Shown here in pieces: positions 1 through 8,526 of a stretch of DNA of 34,129 nt. Position 1 is the stretch's first letter. Every line of letters starts with the position of its first letter. The notes beneath the pieces are model-generated. The model had not been told where the DNA came from. It made no database searches and saw nothing but the letters and a program-made list of their open reading frames with translations. The DNA lies in contig CAVWLW010000055.1 in the NCBI GenBank assembly GCA_963755715.1, positions 1 to 34,129 of the forward strand, read 5' to 3'. This DNA comes from an uncultured delta proteobacterium. Its GTDB lineage: Bacteria; Desulfobacterota; Binatia; UBA9968. A program made the translations under genes and the position numbers.

Positions 1-155
1 AAAACGGGTCAAGTCCGCTGTTAGCTAAAAACGCAATGACAGAAAGCAAAACGCAAAAGTTTGAGGGTCAGGTCCTGCGCCGACATTCGGACGTTCACAG
101 GCTGTCGTGCATTCAAGCTTCAGGAACGAAAGCGAAGCTGTCCTTAAGCGCGCGC

Positions 156-1346
156 TCAATTTTTGTATTCGATGACGTCGAGACCGCGCTCCTTGTCGGT
201 CACCCACAGCAGACCGCGGTCGTCCTTGAACACGTCGTTGGTCAGCGGCGCCGCCACGCCATCTCCCGGTTTCGGAATGAAGTAGCCGCGCTCTTTGGGA
301 TTCGCGGGATCGTTGATGTCGATGATGCGCAGCCCGCCGGCGAACCAGGTGACGTAAAGCAGATTGTCCTCGTCCACCTTCTCGCGCAGCTGATGCGTGC
401 CGAAGCGGACCTTGCCGGCGGGGTAAGGCGTCGCGGACTCCGGCAGGTAGTACGAGTGGAGCAGCTTCGGCCGGGTCGGATCGCTGACGTCCCAGGTGCG
501 CAGCGGCGCGTGCGGCTTGCCGGCGTCGGCGCCCCGGTGCGAGCGTTCTTCTTCGGTCGACACCGCGATGCGCTTGCCGCCGATCGGGTGCGCCACCTTG
601 AGGAAGGTGTGGGTCGGCTCCGGGCAAGGCGGGTCATACTCGTAGCGCGACAGGGTTCGCGGTTTTTTGATGTCGCTCACGTCGATGATCGAGATGCCCG
701 ACATCCAGCAGCCGGCATACATCTCGGTGCCGCAGCGCATCGCATGGTGCAGGCGGTGCTCGGCCCGCTTGGGGTGCGGCTCGTCTCCGCCCGCCACATT
801 CTGCCGTTCCATCGACCAGCGCGAGACCTCCACCGGCTTCGACGGATTGCGGATATCGTAGATGACCAGGATGTTGCCGACGAAGCCCTCCATTTCGGTG
901 GAGATATAGGCGTAGTTTTCGTCGACATCGAAACGATGCACGCCCTTGCCGTGGGTTTTCACGAAGGTCACAAGCTTGGGGTTTGTCCTGTCCTTGATGT
1001 CATAGATACGAAAGCCGCCATCGGGGTATTCCTCGCGCCGACTACCATCACCGCGCTCGAACTCTGAATTGACCACCATGAGGTCGCCGACGACCCGCGC
1101 CTTGTGCGAGTGCGACCATGGGTGGCCGGGCGTGAGAGTGCTGAGAATCTTCGGCTTGCGCGGGTCGGAGATGTCGAGAATGGTGGTTCCCTGCGGCCGG
1201 TGTTGATGGCCGACATAGGCGTAATTGCCGTCGATGACGATCTGTCCGCCTCCGGCAATCTCCATCCGGCAGAGATGGCGGATGTTCGACGATGCGCGCG
1301 GCGCCGTGCCGCTATCGCTCTCAGCCGCAGGCAAAACTTCGCTCAT
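156..1346 (-). CDS. LVIVD-repeat beta-propeller protein (His-rich)
   Basis: 396 aa with repeated strand motifs (GNYAYVG, TILDISDPRKP, FRIYDIKD, LVIYDIRNPSKPVEV, ISIIDVSD, LRIIDINDPANPKE, GLDVIE). GGGAGG RBS upstream of the ATG. Confidence 0.88.
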   Translation of the reverse strand: MSEVLPAAESDSGTAPRASSNIRHLCRMEIAGGGQIVIDGNYAYVGHQHRPQGTTILDISDPRKPKILSTLTPGHPWSHSHKARVVGDLMVVNSEFERGDGSRREEYPDGGFRIYDIKDRTNPKLVTFVKTHGKGVHRFDVDENYAYISTEMEGFVGNILVIYDIRNPSKPVEVSRWSMERQNVAGGDEPHPKRAEHRLHHAMRCGTEMYAGCWMSGISIIDVSDIKKPRTLSRYEYDPPCPEPTHTFLKVAHPIGGKRIAVSTEEERSHRGADAGKPHAPLRTWDVSDPTRPKLLHSYYLPESATPYPAGKVRFGTHQLREKVDEDNLLYVTWFAGGLRIIDINDPANPKERGYFIPKPGDGVAAPLTNDVFKDDRGLLWVTDKERGLDVIEYKN

Positions 1347-1466
1347 GTTGCACCTCCCATGGAACCCGGCGGCGACTGTGGCCGGCGGTGACTAAACGTT
1401 TGAACCTTTGAAACCGATTTTCCGTTTGCAGGCGTTGATCATTGAATGCTAGATCGGCGCGTGGTG

Positions 1467-2600
1467 TTACTCTGCCGCGTACATAGGCCAGAGCGGATCG
1501 TTGTCGCCCCGTGTTTTGATGTAGTCGAGCGCTTCATTCGCCGCCGCCAGAGGGAAATAGCGCGTCGTAATATGGCGCGTATCGATGACGCCGCGCTGCA
1601 CCAGTTGCAATAATTCCGCGACATCCATGGCGAACCGTCCCGTGACGCTGGTGAATTCGATGGAGCGAATCATCAGATAGCGCAGCGGCAAATTGAGCGG
1701 CTCCGGGTTGGGTGCGATCAGTGCGACGCGGCCGCCCGGCTCCAAGTTACGGATGCATTCGATGGTTGTTTCAATGCCGCCGGGAGCCAATTCCGCGAGC
1801 ACGCTGGCGCCTTGACCATTGGTCAGTTCTTTCACTGTGTTCGTGATCGATTCGCCGCGCCCCAGTGCGACAGTTGCGATTCTCTTCGGATCGATGGCGC
1901 GCACGCGTTCGAGCCGCGCCGGATTGCGCGCCACCGCGATAATCAGTGGCGCGCCCATGGCTAAAGCGGCAAGCACGGTGCCGATGCCGGTGATCCCGGA
2001 AGCGCCGTTGACCAGGACGGTTTCTCCGCTATGCAGCCGCGCCCGTTTGAGGGCGCGGTAGCCGACGTTGATCTGCGAGACCTTGCACATTTCGTTGATA
2101 TCCGCGTCGCGCGGCAGTGGTACCAGGTTGCCGGCCGGCACGCGGCAGTACTCGGCCCACAGTCCGTCTTTGTAGCGACGAAGATAGGCCGGTCCTTCGC
2201 CAAACTTGGTGAGAAACCCCATGGTCTTCTTGGTTTGACAGAGGTGTTGCCTTTCAGTCCGGCAGTATTTGCAAGAGCCACAGGTGATCGAACAAATCAC
2301 CACGACGCGGTCGCCGACGCGAACGCTCTCGACATCCGGGCCGACTTCGACGACCTCGCCCAGTCCATCGTGGCCGATGGTCATCGGCAGATCGGGAACC
2401 GTCTTCACCTCCGGGCTGTACTGTACGGCATCTTCGCGCATGTGCAGGTCGCCGTGATTGAGACCGGCACGCAGCACGCGAATCAACACCTCGCCGGTGG
2501 CGAGGTCGGGAATCGGCACGTCGTCGACGCGGACAATTTCGCTCGAGCCATGGGTGCGCTCGAAGCCGTGCAAGCGGGCAGCTTTCATCGTACCGTGCAT
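1467..2600 (-). CDS. Medium-chain (zinc-binding) dehydrogenase/reductase, GroES-like ADH family
   Basis: MKAARLHG start, GH(D)GLGEVVEVG, GDRV, structural Zn motif CGSCKYCx7C, nucleotide-binding VLVNGASGITG. AGGAG RBS. Confidence 0.9.
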   Translation of the reverse strand: MHGTMKAARLHGFERTHGSSEIVRVDDVPIPDLATGEVLIRVLRAGLNHGDLHMREDAVQYSPEVKTVPDLPMTIGHDGLGEVVEVGPDVESVRVGDRVVVICSITCGSCKYCRTERQHLCQTKKTMGFLTKFGEGPAYLRRYKDGLWAEYCRVPAGNLVPLPRDADINEMCKVSQINVGYRALKRARLHSGETVLVNGASGITGIGTVLAALAMGAPLIIAVARNPARLERVRAIDPKRIATVALGRGESITNTVKELTNGQGASVLAELAPGGIETTIECIRNLEPGGRVALIAPNPEPLNLPLRYLMIRSIEFTSVTGRFAMDVAELLQLVQRGVIDTRHITTRYFPLAAANEALDYIKTRGDNDPLWPMYAAE

Positions 2601-2662
2601 GAACGAACTTCTCCTGTAATGAAATCCCGAACCACAGACAGAGTTGAGCTTCGAACTAAGGC

Positions 2663-2737
2663 TGGAGTAATGGAGTGGTGGAGTGATGGTTTAATCAGGA
2701 GCCCATCACTCCACCACTCCAGTATTCCAACACTCCA
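2663..2737. repeat. TGGAGTnn octamer-array inverted repeat (REP-like palindrome), copy 1
   Basis: tggagtaa-tggagtgg-tggagtga-tgg ... ccatcact-ccaccact-ccagtatt-ccaacact-cca. Perfect 19-bp inverted repeat at 2671-2689/2703-2721. Confidence 0.85.
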
Positions 2738-2747
2738 TTCTTTCCCG

Positions 2748-3842
2748 TCACGCGCTGGCTCTTTCCTTCTGTGTGCACCACCGAACCATGGAGCCCATGT
2801 GGCAGGGCGCGCCGGCTTTGGCCAGGGCTGCCTCGAAGATCTGATGAATTTTTGGATCTTCGTCTTCGTATTCGATCTGATTTCCACCTTGCTTCACGTC
2901 CACCTCGATGGGCTTTTCGTCGGTGAGCGCGACAAATCGGTAGCGCCAACTATTCCAGCGCAGGGCAAGATAGCGAGCGGGCTCGGCGCCGGAGTTGAAA
3001 TGTTGGTGAAACCATTGGTTCGGCGGCACGACCACGCACCCCGGTTTCCAGTCGACGCGCACCATTTCGCCCTCGTTGGGGGGCCAAAGCAGGGAATAGC
3101 CCTGACCGCCTAAGATGATCACATGGGCGCCCGGGCCGTGGCGATGGGCCTTCTTGTAGCGGCCGACCGGAAACTCAGAGATATGCGAGCCCATGACGTT
3201 GCCGGCCAGTTCGAAGTTCACGTTCCTGCCGCCGGCGCCGCGCTCTTTCCACTCGTACAGTTGAATATCGCGCACGTTGGGCACGAAGTTGACTTCCAGC
3301 TTGCGGCCCCAGAGCTTTCCTTTGCCGCTAAAATATTCCTCTTCTTCGGGCGGAAAACGGTCGGCGAAGGTAAAGCTATCGCCAAAAATGAAATCCAGGT
3401 TGTGAAACAGGTTCATCATGAACGGCGCGTTGGTCACGGCAAAATATCGGGCAGGGGCATGGCCCTGACCGTTGAAGAGTTGGTAGTGGGCGTTGAGCGG
3501 AATCGCAAAGAGACTTCCCGGGTGCCATTCAAAGGTGTGCTTTTTGCCGTCCTTTTGCCAAATAGAAGTCGCCCCATGTCCGTCGAGAACGTAGACCATC
3601 TCCTCGTAAAGATGTTTTTGTTCTTTTAACTGTTTTCCTGGCGGGATCTCGCACACGTAGCCGTCATTGGTGCCGCCGGTGCCGTCAAGATTGACGAATG
3701 CTCCGAGGCCGCCTTTATGCTCCCAGGGCGCAACCTCGACCTTTGTCAAATCTTCGATGAAAAAACCGCGATTGATGGGGATTTTCTGGGCCTGCTGCCA
3801 GGTGGTGTAAGTGTCGATCTTATCGTCGTGACTGTACCTCAT
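2748..3842 (-). CDS. Bicupin protein, gentisate 1,2-dioxygenase-like (paralog 1)
   Basis: N-cupin EIPPG..HLYEEMVYVLDGHG..FEW..GSLFAIPLN. C-cupin YKKAHRHGPG..PPNQWFHQHFN. C-terminal IEYEDEDP. AAGGAG RBS. Confidence 0.85.
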   Translation of the reverse strand: MRYSHDDKIDTYTTWQQAQKIPINRGFFIEDLTKVEVAPWEHKGGLGAFVNLDGTGGTNDGYVCEIPPGKQLKEQKHLYEEMVYVLDGHGATSIWQKDGKKHTFEWHPGSLFAIPLNAHYQLFNGQGHAPARYFAVTNAPFMMNLFHNLDFIFGDSFTFADRFPPEEEEYFSGKGKLWGRKLEVNFVPNVRDIQLYEWKERGAGGRNVNFELAGNVMGSHISEFPVGRYKKAHRHGPGAHVIILGGQGYSLLWPPNEGEMVRVDWKPGCVVVPPNQWFHQHFNSGAEPARYLALRWNSWRYRFVALTDEKPIEVDVKQGGNQIEYEDEDPKIHQIFEAALAKAGAPCHMGSMVRWCTQKERASA

Positions 3843-3886
3843 GGTGCTTTGGTCTCCTTTTCACCGAGTGATTGATTATCTCAACG

Positions 3887-4063
3887 TCATGATCCGGCGC
3901 GCTTATCCGCCGCTTTGCTGGCCTCGCCGGCGGCAACGCCGACCGGAAATTCATTGCCGCAGTAGGGGCAATGACAGTAAGCTTGCGGCAAACGAAAAAA
4001 TTCCTCACCGGCCATAAACTTGTCGTGGCACTTCGGGCACGCGACATATTCAAAATCAGCCAT
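3887..4063 (-). CDS. Small zinc-ribbon protein (58 aa, CPKC-x19-CPYC)
   Basis: MADFEYVACPKC...CHCPYCGNEF. GAGGAG RBS before the ATG at 4063. The longer ORF start at 4159 runs through the repeat and is unlikely. Confidence 0.78.
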   Translation of the reverse strand: MADFEYVACPKCHDKFMAGEEFFRLPQAYCHCPYCGNEFPVGVAAGEASKAADKRAGS

Positions 4064-4091
4064 AGTTCGCTCCTCTATTAGGATTGAAATA

Positions 4092-4164
4092 TGGAGTATT
4101 GGAGTACTGGAGTGTTGGGCTCTTGTTTTGACCATTACTCCAACATTCCATTTCCCCATTCTCC
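4092..4164. repeat. TGGAGTnn octamer-array inverted repeat, copy 2 (more degenerate)
   Basis: tggagtat-tggagtac-tggagtgt-tgg ... ccattact-ccaacatt-cca, immediately after the UbiD stop codon. Confidence 0.78.
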
Positions 4165-4165
4165 G

Positions 4166-5629
4166 TCATCCCCAAGGCTCGACCGGGATCCGTTCCCATC
4201 TTTTCTCGCCGATAATTTTCAGCGGATCGATGCGCGACAGCACTTCTTCCGAGATTGCCAGCCGTTCGGCGAACGGTTTGCCCACCGGCTTGGTGCAGTC
4301 GAAACCGGCTTTGGCCGTTACGTTACGCTCGGGCGCGCTCGGATCGAGCGGCGATCCATTCATTCCCGGGAGCAACACCAAGCCGCGATCCGCCTGGAAC
4401 CGAGTGGCCAGGGCCAGGAGCACTTCGCGCTCGTCGAAGATGTCCACGTCCTCGTCAAATACGAAGGCATGCTTGATATCGAAGAAGCCGCTGAGCGCGG
4501 CAGCCGCCGCGGTCTTTCCCTGTCCCTCGACGGTCTTGCGCATCTGTATATAGACGTGCGACACGCCGCAGCCGGACATCGGCACATGCACGGCCTTGAT
4601 GTTTGGGACACTATGCTTCACCAACTCTAGAACCGCCCCCTCTTTAGTCAGACTACTGATCCAGTGGGTATGACCGACCATGACGTCGTCCCAGTACGCA
4701 TCCTTGCGATAAGTCACCGCCGTGACTTTGAGTAGCGGACACCAACGCTGCGGTCCGACGTGGCGCGTGTATTCGCCGAAGGGCCCCTCGGGTTTGCGCT
4801 GCCCGTTCGGCACGTACCCTTCGATCACCACTTCGGCATCTGCAGGAACCAAAAATTTATCGCCCAAAGTTTCCGAAGGCACCAGGCGTAGCGGCGAGCC
4901 TAGGGTTCCCCCTGCCGTCTCATAGTGGCTTTCGTCGGGCCCGACATGGGTCGCCGCGCCCAACAGCACGAGGGGGTGATGGCCGATCCAGTAGGCCGCC
5001 GGCATGTCCTCGCCGGTTTCTTCATACTGCCGTAAATTATGCGCGTTGTGCGTGCTCGGACCGAGGAAGACGCGTATTTCATCTTTGCCGGCGAGCCAAC
5101 CGCGCTGCAACGCCGAGTTGTCCAAACCGTTATTGCGATTGAAGGTAAGAAAGTGACCTTCGGTGACATAACGTCCCGGATCCATGCGGTGATGCCGCGG
5201 CGCGGGAAAACGGCGCACGTCGATGCTCGCGCCTTTTTCCACGACCTGTTTCACGGGCGCCTGGTCGCGGGAGACGACGATCGGCTTGGCGCGCTTTTGC
5301 ACGCGCTCATAACAGGCAGCTCCGGCGCTGCGCACATCTACGCCGAAAGTGCGCGCCACGCGGAGCCGGCTGGCCATCAAGAAAGTCACCAGCGGCAACT
5401 CGGCGCGCTTGCCGTCGACGATGACGTTATGACAAACGAGAACCGGAAAGCGCTGCGCTTTTTCAAGCTTCATCGCGAGCGCGGTAATCTCCCACTCCGC
5501 GCACAGCGGCTCCTCGACGTGAAGTACCTCCTGCGGATAGGCGGCTTCGTATTGCTCTAAGAACTGATGTAAATCGGCGCCAAAGCCATGGGTTGAAAAA
5601 TCCGTCGGTGCTGGTCTGGTTTTCGCCAT
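4166..5629 (-). CDS. UbiD-family prFMN-dependent (de)carboxylase (paralog 1)
   Basis: DPGRY, NSALQR, LVPADAEVVIEG, catalytic EGPFGEY, FDEDVDIFD, ATRFQADR, LDPS, KAGFDCT. Confidence 0.93.
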   Translation of the reverse strand: MAKTRPAPTDFSTHGFGADLHQFLEQYEAAYPQEVLHVEEPLCAEWEITALAMKLEKAQRFPVLVCHNVIVDGKRAELPLVTFLMASRLRVARTFGVDVRSAGAACYERVQKRAKPIVVSRDQAPVKQVVEKGASIDVRRFPAPRHHRMDPGRYVTEGHFLTFNRNNGLDNSALQRGWLAGKDEIRVFLGPSTHNAHNLRQYEETGEDMPAAYWIGHHPLVLLGAATHVGPDESHYETAGGTLGSPLRLVPSETLGDKFLVPADAEVVIEGYVPNGQRKPEGPFGEYTRHVGPQRWCPLLKVTAVTYRKDAYWDDVMVGHTHWISSLTKEGAVLELVKHSVPNIKAVHVPMSGCGVSHVYIQMRKTVEGQGKTAAAAALSGFFDIKHAFVFDEDVDIFDEREVLLALATRFQADRGLVLLPGMNGSPLDPSAPERNVTAKAGFDCTKPVGKPFAERLAISEEVLSRIDPLKIIGEKRWERIPVEPWG

Positions 5630-5768
5630 TGGCGTTCTCCGAACTTCTCGTGACTCAAAGCGTCGATAGCATAGGCGCTGCGCTCGCGCGTTGCTAAATC
5701 ATGTTAATTGAAAGATTGATAACTTTTTCAGCGCGAAGCATCCGGAACGCTTTGAAGCAATTGGCCGT

Positions 5769-5797
5769 AACGTACTAACCGAATTTCGGCCTGTCAA
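5769..5797 (-). promoter_or_regulatory. Putative sigma70 promoter for the leftward ubiD-Zn ribbon-cupin-MDR-LVIVD operon
   Basis: Minus strand reads TTGACA-17 nt-TACGTT. The spacer contains the short palindrome CCGAA-T-TTCGG (5779-5789). Confidence 0.55.
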
Positions 5798-6144
5798 GCT
5801 ACGCTCTCGCTACCATCCCAAAAAATCCGCCGCGTCCGAATGCCCAAAGAAGGTCAGACCGAGTTGCGTTTATCAATGTGTTTGCGCGCTAGCTGAAACC
5901 GATTCTTTTTTATTCGCTGAGCAAACACAGCGACTGCCTGCGCTTTGCTTCTGATCGACAATCTCGATAATCAACTGAAGCATCTATCGCGCTTGCGGTT
6001 CTTCAAAACAAATTTCTGCTGCTGGTCATATTTTCGCGCCAATTACAGAATTGTTCTGAGCTCCCGGGTAACTCAGTGGATTTGCTGTGTCTATATGACT
6101 GACTTTTTCGCGCAACGTTTACTGGATATCGTACGGTGATTGGC

Positions 6145-6174
6145 TTGACACTATCTGCTCCGGACGATTATATA
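6145..6174 (+). promoter_or_regulatory. Putative sigma70 promoter for the ABC transporter operon
   Basis: TTGACA at 6145-6150 followed after 17-18 nt by TTATATA, about 50 nt before the start codon. Confidence 0.45.
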
Positions 6175-6222
6175 GCTTGGCGTGATTTTGGCACCCGAGA
6201 AATTATCTAATCGGAGGTTTTT

Positions 6223-7329
6223 TTGGTGACAGGCGCGAGTGTTTGTAGGGCGAGGATTTTCGGACTCGTGCTACTACTCAGCGGATTCGCTCAAGTCGGT
6301 TCTGCGGCGGAATGGCAGTCAGAGTGGGAGACCACCTTAGCGGCCGCTAAAAAAGAAAACGTAGTGACGGTAATCACCGACGTGACGGCATCGATGCGCG
6401 ACGCCCTGACGATGAGTTTTCAATCGAAGTACGGTCTTCAAGTAGACCTGTTCGGCGCCTTGGGCCGAGAGATTCCGCCGCGAGTGCTCGCCGAACGAAA
6501 AGCCGGACGTTATCTCTGGGACGTTTTCGTTCATGGCACGACCACAGGGCTCGAATCGATGATTCCGGCCGGAGCCTTCGATCCCCTGGAGCCGGCGCTG
6601 ATCTTCCCGGACGTTAAGGATCCAAAAACCTGGCGTGGTGGCGGATTGGAATTTCTCGATCCAGGCAAGACCCTGATGGTGATGACTCCGTTCCAGCGCG
6701 GCATCATTTTTTATAATCCCAAGCTCGTCAACTCCAAAGAATTCAAGTCTTACAAGGATCTGCTCGATCCGAAGTGGAAGGGCAAATTGATTCTGGACGA
6801 TCCGCGCCGCGCCGGGCCGGGACAGGCGACCTTCACTTTTTTTTATCTTCACCCGGAACTCGGCGTGGATTTTATTCGAGCGTTGGGCAAGCAACAAATA
6901 ACTATTCTTAAGGACTACGCGCAGGAAGTTGACGCCATCGGACAAGGCCGTTATCCGGTGCTGATCGGCACGGCGGATTTTGTCGCGGTGGCGCGCGCCA
7001 AACAAGGTATCCCCATCGCGATCGTCGACCCCCGCCAACTTAAGGAAGGGGCGGACGTAAGTCCGGCCAACGGAGCGCTTGCGCTTTTCAACAAGGCGCC
7101 CCATCCCAACGCGGCTAAAGTTTATATCAATTGGTTGTTGTCGAAAGAGGGACAAACCGTGTTCGCTAGCGCCAACGGTTACGTCAGCGCGCGTTTGGAC
7201 GTGCCGACCGATCATGCGGAGCCCTGGCGGGTGCCGCAGCCCGGCGCCATCAAGACTTATACGAAGGCTGCCCAGCAGGCGAAGGACAATCTGATGCCGT
7301 TGTTAATCGAGGTATTTGGTAACCCATGA
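6223..7329 (+). CDS. ABC transporter substrate-binding protein (AfuA/FbpA/thiamine-type family)
   Basis: Signal peptide, W..TLAAAKKE, YNPKLV, SYKDLLDPKWKGK, APHPNAAKVYINWLLSKEGQ. GGAGG RBS at 6213. Confidence 0.9.
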   Translation: MVTGASVCRARIFGLVLLLSGFAQVGSAAEWQSEWETTLAAAKKENVVTVITDVTASMRDALTMSFQSKYGLQVDLFGALGREIPPRVLAERKAGRYLWDVFVHGTTTGLESMIPAGAFDPLEPALIFPDVKDPKTWRGGGLEFLDPGKTLMVMTPFQRGIIFYNPKLVNSKEFKSYKDLLDPKWKGKLILDDPRRAGPGQATFTFFYLHPELGVDFIRALGKQQITILKDYAQEVDAIGQGRYPVLIGTADFVAVARAKQGIPIAIVDPRQLKEGADVSPANGALALFNKAPHPNAAKVYINWLLSKEGQTVFASANGYVSARLDVPTDHAEPWRVPQPGAIKTYTKAAQQAKDNLMPLLIEVFGNP

Positions 7330-8489
7330 GCCAGACTTTTCTCGAAGTAAGAAATCTCGTCAAAATCTTCGGCAAGCTGACCGCCGTCGATAATGTTTCG
7401 TTCAAAGTCGAGCAAGGCGAAGTCGTCACTTTGCTCGGACCGAGCGGCTGCGGCAAGACGACGACCCTGCGCATGGTCGCGGGCTTCGAAAAGCCCAATG
7501 CCGGAGAGGTGGAGATCGCGGGCCGCGTCGTGGTTGCGACCAATCGGCGCATCAACGTGCCGCCGGAAAAACGCGACATCGGTATGGTGTTCCAGTCCTA
7601 CGCGATCTGGCCGCACATGACGGTATTTCAAAACGTCGCGTTTCCGCTCAACGTGCGGCGCGCCAATCGCCAGGAAATCAAGCGGCGCGTCGAAGAAACT
7701 CTCGAACTGGTCGGCTTGGCGAATTTTTCGGATCGGCCGGCGATACTCTTGAGCGGCGGACAGCAGCAACGGGTGTCGCTGGCGCGCGCGCTGGTCTACT
7801 CGCCGAGCATTCTCCTCCTCGACGAGCCGCTCAGCAATTTAGACGCGAAGCTGCGCGAGCAGATGCGCATCGAGATCAAGCGATTGCAGCAGCAACTCGG
7901 ATTTACCGTGCTGTTCGTCACCCATGATCAGATCGAAGCCATGTCGCTTTCGACGCGGCTGGCGCTGATGAACCAAGGCCGCATCGAGCAGATCGGCGCG
8001 CCGCAAGATGTCTACGAGCATCCGCAAACGCCTTTCGTCGAAGATTTTTTGGGGCGCATTTTGCGCTTCCGAGGAAAAATCATCGAAGAAAAGCGGCACG
8101 GCTTCGACGTCGTCGAGTTCGACGGATTGAAGAATGTACAAGTACGAATACCCGAATCCCTTGACGGCGCCGGCATCGGCAAGCGAGTTTTGGTTGCGAT
8201 ACGCCCGGAAGACACGCGAATTGAAAGCAGCGACAGCGCTAATCGGCATAACGTCGTTCCGTGCGACGTGGAAAATATTCTTCATCTTGGACGCGATCTC
8301 GAACTCGTGCTCCGCGTCGGTGGCCGGGTTTGCACGCTCACGGTGCCGCGCGAGCGCGGCACGGAACTGTGCCGCTCTATCGGACTCCATTTGCCGGCGG
8401 AACATCTGCGCGTTTGGGTGACGGAAGCGGAATTAGAAAACGACCTCGAGACCGGCTCTCCTGCAAGTTCCCTTGCCGAACGTCATTGA
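7326..8489 (+). CDS. ABC transporter ATP-binding subunit (FbpC/PotA-like, TOBE domain)
   Basis: Walker A GPSGCGKT, signature LSGGQQQR, Walker B LLLDEP, VTHDQ. Start lies next to the upstream stop. Confidence 0.96.
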   Translation: MSQTFLEVRNLVKIFGKLTAVDNVSFKVEQGEVVTLLGPSGCGKTTTLRMVAGFEKPNAGEVEIAGRVVVATNRRINVPPEKRDIGMVFQSYAIWPHMTVFQNVAFPLNVRRANRQEIKRRVEETLELVGLANFSDRPAILLSGGQQQRVSLARALVYSPSILLLDEPLSNLDAKLREQMRIEIKRLQQQLGFTVLFVTHDQIEAMSLSTRLALMNQGRIEQIGAPQDVYEHPQTPFVEDFLGRILRFRGKIIEEKRHGFDVVEFDGLKNVQVRIPESLDGAGIGKRVLVAIRPEDTRIESSDSANRHNVVPCDVENILHLGRDLELVLRVGGRVCTLTVPRERGTELCRSIGLHLPAEHLRVWVTEAELENDLETGSPASSLAERH

Positions 8490-8526
8490 TCTTACCGCAG
8501 AGCGCAGATTAGATCGAATCAGGATT

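Noticed and set aside
36-1067. 343-aa plus-strand ORF, and similar long antisense ORFs (2031-3113, 6337-7215, 14928-15728, 15982-16821, 18600-19520, 22281-23096)
   Set aside because: Antisense shadows of well-supported GC-rich genes, with no family motifs.
1367-1415. Short CGGCGGYGACT duplication and TTTGAAC-type units; similar degenerate units at about 24800-24848
   Set aside because: Too short and degenerate to define an element.
2663-2737. Possible CRISPR or coding repeat (ORFs 2585-2887 and 2695-2949)
   Set aside because: The period is 8 nt with no spacers and no cas genes. The W/S/G-rich translations are artefacts of the repeat.
5945-6139. 64-aa ORF in the divergent intergenic region
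   Set aside because: TTG start, no RBS or motif, and it lies in AT-rich promoter DNA.
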